From the NCBI GenBank assembly GCA_963803435.1, contig CAWDML010000003.1, positions 256,001 through 320,000 on the forward strand: a stretch of 64,000 nucleotides of DNA. The letters are read 5' to 3'. The stretch is from an uncultured delta proteobacterium (GTDB lineage Bacteria; Myxococcota; Kuafuiibacteriia; Kuafuiibacteriales; Kuafuiibacteriaceae). The position numbers and the translations under genes are program-made. The notes under the pieces are model-generated. The model saw nothing but the letters and a program-made list of their open reading frames with translations. It made no database searches and was not told the origin of the DNA. Below, one piece after another: positions 59,270 through 64,000 of this stretch. Positions within the stretch are counted from its first letter, which is position 1. Every line of letters starts with the position of its first letter.

Positions 59270-61219
59270 TCAGCCCATCGCGTCGAGCTGGGCGCTGAGG
59301 TCCGTCCAGCGATCGAGCGCCTCTCCGAGCTCGGCCTGCACCTCCTGGTAGCGCTGGGACAACCGCTTCGAGCGATCCAGATCCGCGTGGGTCTCGGGGT
59401 CGGCGAGCGTTGCCTCGAGCTCTGCCTGCTCGGTCTCGAGGGCGGCGACGGCGGCCTCGGCGGCCTCGACCTTCCGGGCCAGGGCGCGGACCGTACGCTG
59501 CTGCTCAGCCTGCTTCTCCCGCGCCTCGATCCGCGCGGCCTTGTCGCCGCTGACGGTGGTCGATTGCTTGGCGCCGGGGTCGGCCTCCCGCTCGGCCTGC
59601 TCGCGCGTGAGGCGATCGAGGTAGTCCGCGAGCGATCCCGGGAGGACGTCGACCTGGCCGTCGTGGACGTTCCACACCACGGTAGAGAGGCGCCGCGCGA
59701 AGTCGAGGTTGTGGGAGACGAAGATCAGCGTGCCGTCGTAGGTGGCGAGCGAGTCGGTGAGCTTCTCGGCCGACTCGGTGTCGAGGTGGTTCGTCGGCTC
59801 GTCGAGGAGGAGCACGTTGCCGGGGCGCGCCAGGATGCGGGCCAGCGCCACCCGGGTCTTCTCGCCGCCGGAGAGGACGCCGATCGGCTTGTCGACCTCG
59901 TCGCCCGAGAAGAGGAAGGCGCCGCAGAGATCGCGGGCGCGCGTCTCGGGGAGGTCCGGCGCCATCTCCCAGACCTGCTCCAGGACCGACTTCGAGACGT
60001 CGAGGGCCTCCGCGTGGTGCTGCGCGAAGTAGCTGAGCTCTACGTTCTGCCCCAGCTCGATCGCGCCGCCCTGCGGGCTCAGCTCCGACGCTACCAGCTT
60101 CAGCAGCGTGGTCTTGCCGGCGCCGTTTCTCCCGACGATCGAGATCCGATCCTGGCGGCGCACCGCCAGCTCGAGGCCGGTGAAGAGGGGCCGTTCGGGC
60201 TGGAAGCCGAAGTCGAGCTCCCGCGTCCGGATCACCCACTCGCCGGCGCGTTTGACCGGCTCGAAGCGGATCGAGATCGAGCGCCGCACCTTCGGGATCT
60301 CGACCTGCTGCTCCTCGAGCTTCTCGATCATGCGGACCCGGCTCTGGGCCTGGCGGGCCTTGGTGGCCTTGGCGCGGAAGCGCTCGACGAACGATTCGAG
60401 CTCCTTCTTCCGCTGCTCGCTCTTCGCCAGGCGGTGCTCCAGGTGCTCGAGATCGAGCTTGCGCTGCTCGAGGTAGGCGTCGTAGTTGCCGCGGAAGACG
60501 CGGATGCCCTCGACCTCGAGGCTGGCGACCCGCTGGATGTGTCGGTTCAGGAACTCCTTGTCGTGGCACGTCAGCACCACGGCGTGCTTGAAGCCGACGA
60601 TGAAGCTCGAGAGCCAGTTCACGCTGGGCATGTCGAGGTGGTTGGTCGGCTCGTCGAGGAGCAGGACGTCGGGACGCTGGTAGAGGAGCGACGCCAGGTG
60701 GGCGCGCATGCGCCAGCCGCCGGAGAGCGCGCGAACCGGTCGATCGAAGTCCTCCTGGGCGAAGCCGAGGCCCACCAGGATCCGCTTGGCCTGGTGCGGA
60801 CCGAACGCTTGCTCGAGGTCGGTCAGCTCGGCGTGGAGCTCGGCGAGCTCCTCCGAGAGTCGCATCTGCTCTTCGGTGTCTTCGGAGGACTCGAGCGCGG
60901 ACTGGACCGACGCGAGCCTGGACTCGATCTCCTCGCGGCCCGGCGCCGTCTCCAGGATGCAATCGAGCAGCGTGCCGGGGAACGGTTCGCCGCCGATCTC
61001 CTGGGCGAGGTACCCGATGCGGCAACCCTTGGCCCGCACCACGCGGCCGGCGTCGGGCGCCATCTCGTCGGCGAGGATCCGCAGGAGGGTGCTCTTCCCC
61101 GTTCCGTTGGGTCCCACGATGCCGAGCCGATCGCCGCGCTCGATCGACAGGCTGTCGCCGTCGAAGATCGTGCGCTGGCCGAAGGCGAGCTGGAGCTCGT
61201 CGATGGAGAGGACCGGCAT
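59270..61219 (-). CDS. ABC-F family ATPase
   Basis: Two NBDs (GPNGTGKS, LSGGW, DEPTNHLD; GRNGAGKT, LSGGE), no TMs, C-terminal coiled coil. Confidence 0.94.
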   Translation of the reverse strand: MPVLSIDELQLAFGQRTIFDGDSLSIERGDRLGIVGPNGTGKSTLLRILADEMAPDAGRVVRAKGCRIGYLAQEIGGEPFPGTLLDCILETAPGREEIESRLASVQSALESSEDTEEQMRLSEELAELHAELTDLEQAFGPHQAKRILVGLGFAQEDFDRPVRALSGGWRMRAHLASLLYQRPDVLLLDEPTNHLDMPSVNWLSSFIVGFKHAVVLTCHDKEFLNRHIQRVASLEVEGIRVFRGNYDAYLEQRKLDLEHLEHRLAKSEQRKKELESFVERFRAKATKARQAQSRVRMIEKLEEQQVEIPKVRRSISIRFEPVKRAGEWVIRTRELDFGFQPERPLFTGLELAVRRQDRISIVGRNGAGKTTLLKLVASELSPQGGAIELGQNVELSYFAQHHAEALDVSKSVLEQVWEMAPDLPETRARDLCGAFLFSGDEVDKPIGVLSGGEKTRVALARILARPGNVLLLDEPTNHLDTESAEKLTDSLATYDGTLIFVSHNLDFARRLSTVVWNVHDGQVDVLPGSLADYLDRLTREQAEREADPGAKQSTTVSGDKAARIEAREKQAEQQRTVRALARKVEAAEAAVAALETEQAELEATLADPETHADLDRSKRLSQRYQEVQAELGEALDRWTDLSAQLDAMG

Positions 61220-61223
61220 GGGA

Positions 61224-62060
61224 TCAGAAGCAGAAGCGGACGCGCTCGTCCGTGAGCTCCGACTTCGCCTCGATGAGCGGCGCGATCACCCTGCGCACGT
61301 CGGACAGGTCACCGACGTGCGGCGCCAGGTTCTCCTCCAGCTCAGCGAGGGTCTCCATGCGCTGCGTGGAGTCGGGGTGGGTGGCCCCGTCGACGACCGG
61401 CGCGAGCGGCGCCGGCAGGAGGATCAACGATGACATCGGGGTCGTTCGATCGAAGGCTTCCATGACGGTGGTGCGCGCGCTGCCCTTCTTGAGCGGGCGT
61501 CGCCCCGTGATCAGATACGTCAAGAGCACGCCGAGCGCATACACCATCATGCCCTCGGTGCGGTCATCGGTCTTGAACAGCTCGGGAGCAAGCATGTCGT
61601 GCCAGTCGGTGGCGGGGCGATTGCGATCGATGAGCGAATCGCAAGATCCGCGGGTATAGGCCTCGAAGAAGGCCACCCGCAGATCGCCGGTCTCGGCCAC
61701 CAGCACGTGCTCCGGGCGGGTGATATGGCTCCAGTCGTGGCCGACGTCCTGGAGGAAGCGCGCCAGGTGAAAGACCACGTAGGCCGAGACCACCGACTCC
61801 AGGCGGTCGGTCGAGAGCCTGCGCAGGTCGGGAAGATCGATCCCCCGGACGGCCTCGAACGTGGTGTACCAGCGACAATCCGAGTGTCCGACATCGAAGA
61901 TGGCGAGCGAGGCGCGGGCCTTCTTGAGGCGGAGACCCCCGAGCAGGTCGAGCGCGAGACGCTCGTCCGCGTCGTCGTGCCAGGGACCGGTGGCGATGCC
62001 GACCATTCCCTGCCGGCCGTCGACGAACTCGACGACCAGGCTCTCTGCATCCATGGTCAT
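61224..62060 (-). CDS. Degenerate protein-kinase-fold protein
   Basis: HITRPEHVLV..GDLRVAFF, LAPE, VYALGVLL..LITGRRP, HPDSTQR. Confidence 0.6.
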   Translation of the reverse strand: MTMDAESLVVEFVDGRQGMVGIATGPWHDDADERLALDLLGGLRLKKARASLAIFDVGHSDCRWYTTFEAVRGIDLPDLRRLSTDRLESVVSAYVVFHLARFLQDVGHDWSHITRPEHVLVAETGDLRVAFFEAYTRGSCDSLIDRNRPATDWHDMLAPELFKTDDRTEGMMVYALGVLLTYLITGRRPLKKGSARTTVMEAFDRTTPMSSLILLPAPLAPVVDGATHPDSTQRMETLAELEENLAPHVGDLSDVRRVIAPLIEAKSELTDERVRFCF

Positions 62061-62115
62061 CCGAGCGGCGCCTCCAGTGTATCCACGATGCCCGGGATCG
62101 AGGTAGCCTCGCGCC

Positions 62116-62823
62116 ATGCTCGCGGTGAGCCTCGGGCTTCTCCTGGTGAGTTCCGGCGTCAGCGTCCACCTCGACGAGCTCGGTGAGATGCCGCTCCAGG
62201 AAGCCTCGACGTTCGGCGGCCGTCTCGCAGAGGCGATCGAATCGCGCACCGCCCGGCGTGCGGTCCTGGACGATCCCCTATGGCCGGAGTGCCATGAAGC
62301 CGATCGATGCGTCGAGGCAATCCGGGCCCGCACCAAGACCGAGGACGTGGTGCTGCTGCGCCTGTACTCGGGCCCCACGAAGATCCGTTTGATCGCCGAA
62401 CGTCTGTCGCTGGACGGGCTCCGCGACGCGCACCTCGAGGAGAACGTTCCGCGCGACGCCGACCAGTGGGCGACGACGATCTCGGCCATCGCCTCCCATC
62501 TGTTCCCCGAGCCACCCCAACCGGAGGAGGATGCCACGATCGCCGCGGTGGCGCCCTCGGTGACGCGTTCTTCGGTGGGCTTCCTCGACGTGGCGCCGTG
62601 GGTGGTGCTCGGGACCGGCGTGGCGGCGCTGGCGGTGGGCGCGGGCTTCGGCTTCTCGAGTCGGGCTGCGCGTCGCGACCTCTTGAAGAATCAGTCCGGC
62701 GACGAGACGTTCGACGACACGTTTCATCGGATGCAGACACACGGGCGGATCGCAAACGGGATGTTCATCGGCGGTGCGGTCGCCATCGCCACCGGCGGGG
62801 TGCTGTTGATGTTCGCCGATTGA
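62116..62823 (+). CDS. Hypothetical exported/membrane protein
   Basis: Signal peptide, Cys pair, two C-terminal Gly-rich TM helices. Confidence 0.7.
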   Translation: MLAVSLGLLLVSSGVSVHLDELGEMPLQEASTFGGRLAEAIESRTARRAVLDDPLWPECHEADRCVEAIRARTKTEDVVLLRLYSGPTKIRLIAERLSLDGLRDAHLEENVPRDADQWATTISAIASHLFPEPPQPEEDATIAAVAPSVTRSSVGFLDVAPWVVLGTGVAALAVGAGFGFSSRAARRDLLKNQSGDETFDDTFHRMQTHGRIANGMFIGGAVAIATGGVLLMFAD

Positions 62824-62826
62824 GCG

Positions 62827-64000
62827 TCAGTGCGCGGCGGCGTGCGCCACCTCGCCTTCGAGAGCGTCGATCCGGAGCATCAGCGCCAGGAGATCGGCCG
62901 GTGAGAGGTCGGACCTGAAGCTCGATCGCAGGTCGAGATACCGGTTCTCCAGGCGGTCGAGCGTGGGTTGATCGAGCTTCTGGGCGGCCAGCGCCTTGGC
63001 CACGCGGTCGAGCTTGGTCTTGACCATGGCGTCGTCGATCCGGGTGCGGGCGAGGGCCGCCAGCAGCAGCTCCTTGGTGTGCTTCATCTCCTCCGGCTCG
63101 ACCGAACGCTCGAAGTCACGCAGGAGGGGTTGAAGGGCGGGGCTCGCCCAGACGTCGCGCCGGGTGAAGCCCAGCTTCTTCATCGCGGTGACCACCTCCC
63201 TCCGCATGTCCTCGGCGGACTCGGTCTTCTTCGGCCGCGGCTTCGGCCGCTTGACCCGGGGACTCGGCTCCTTCGGCTCCTTCGGCTCCTTCGAGACGGG
63301 CGGCGGCAGGTTCTCGGGCGGATCCGTCGCGGGCTCCCGAGCGTCCTCGGTCCGGGCGATCACCACCGGCGCCTTTGCGGGGATCGAGACCGGCGGCGGC
63401 ACGGTCCGCGGGGCGGCCGGGGTTCGCGGCCACAGGAGGGCCCCGGCGAGGGCGCCCACCGCGATCAAGAGCGCGAGGAGGGCCGGCATCAGCAGGCGCG
63501 ACGGCGCGGCGCCCTCCCTCGCGATCACCTGCACCATCGGGGCGGGCGGAGGAGGCGGGGGGAGGATCTGCGTCCGCGTCGCCTCCGGCCCGAACCCCGC
63601 ATCCTCGAGCCAGGCCACCACGCGCTCGGCGTTGGGCGGCCGCTCCTCGGGCCCCTTGGCGAGCAGCCACTCCACCAGGTCGTCGAGCGGCGTTCCGGTG
63701 TCGAGGCGTCTCGGCTTCTCGGTGAGCTGTCTCTCGATGACGTCGATCGTGGAGCCGCTGAAGGGCGGCTTCCCGGTGAGCATCGTGAACAGCACCGCGC
63801 CGAGCGCGTAGAGATCGGCGCTCGGGCCCACGGTGGAGGCGCCCCGGATCTGCTCGGGGGCCATGTAGCGGGGCGTGCCCAGCAGCTGGTCGCTCGCGGT
63901 GATGCGCGTCTCGCCCCGCTCGGTCAGGACGATCCCGAAGTCGAGGATCTTGGGAACGTCGCGCCCATCCTCCACGATCATCAGCACGTTCGACGGCTTG
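62827..64000 (-). CDS. Ser/Thr protein kinase, membrane anchored (5' end outside window)
   Basis: KPSNVL, KILDFGI, GTPRYMAPEQ, DLYALG; TM; Pro-rich linker. Confidence 0.9.
   Translation of the reverse strand, partial: KPSNVLMIVEDGRDVPKILDFGIVLTERGETRITASDQLLGTPRYMAPEQIRGASTVGPSADLYALGAVLFTMLTGKPPFSGSTIDVIERQLTEKPRRLDTGTPLDDLVEWLLAKGPEERPPNAERVVAWLEDAGFGPEATRTQILPPPPPPAPMVQVIAREGAAPSRLLMPALLALLIAVGALAGALLWPRTPAAPRTVPPPVSIPAKAPVVIARTEDAREPATDPPENLPPPVSKEPKEPKEPSPRVKRPKPRPKKTESAEDMRREVVTAMKKLGFTRRDVWASPALQPLLRDFERSVEPEEMKHTKELLLAALARTRIDDAMVKTKLDRVAKALAAQKLDQPTLDRLENRYLDLRSSFRSDLSPADLLALMLRIDALEGEVAHAAAH

Overview
A GC-rich (roughly 70% by eye) bacterial chromosomal segment, most likely Myxococcota. 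Supporting features are a MYXO-CTERM-like protein, several eukaryote-like Ser/Thr kinases, PEGA/TPR proteins and sigma-54 promoters. The housekeeping core comprises an aminotransferase, rsmD, ileS, rimP-nusA-ylxR/L7Ae-infB-DUF503-rbfA-truB-rpsO-pnp, dut, purB, dcd, an rlmN-like gene and an ABC-F ATPase, interspersed with exported, signalling and metabolic genes. The best candidate for an undescribed system is a probable sigma-54-driven operon at 2364-6962. It encodes a porin, a lipoprotein and a lipoprotein fusing two lamin-tail domains to a dikinase with the domain order and motifs of plant glucan/phosphoglucan water dikinases. Other notable items are an IleRS with HNGH/KESKK motifs and a ~120-aa insertion, a 903-bp CTAG-bounded element with ~70-bp inverted repeats carrying a four-helix-bundle gene, and a candidate sRNA complementary to the pnp leader loop. 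Six frameshifts are all single-T insertions turning GATC into GATTC, probably a systematic sequencing artefact. No rRNA, tRNA or CRISPR array was seen. All family assignments come from motif recognition by eye, not database searches.
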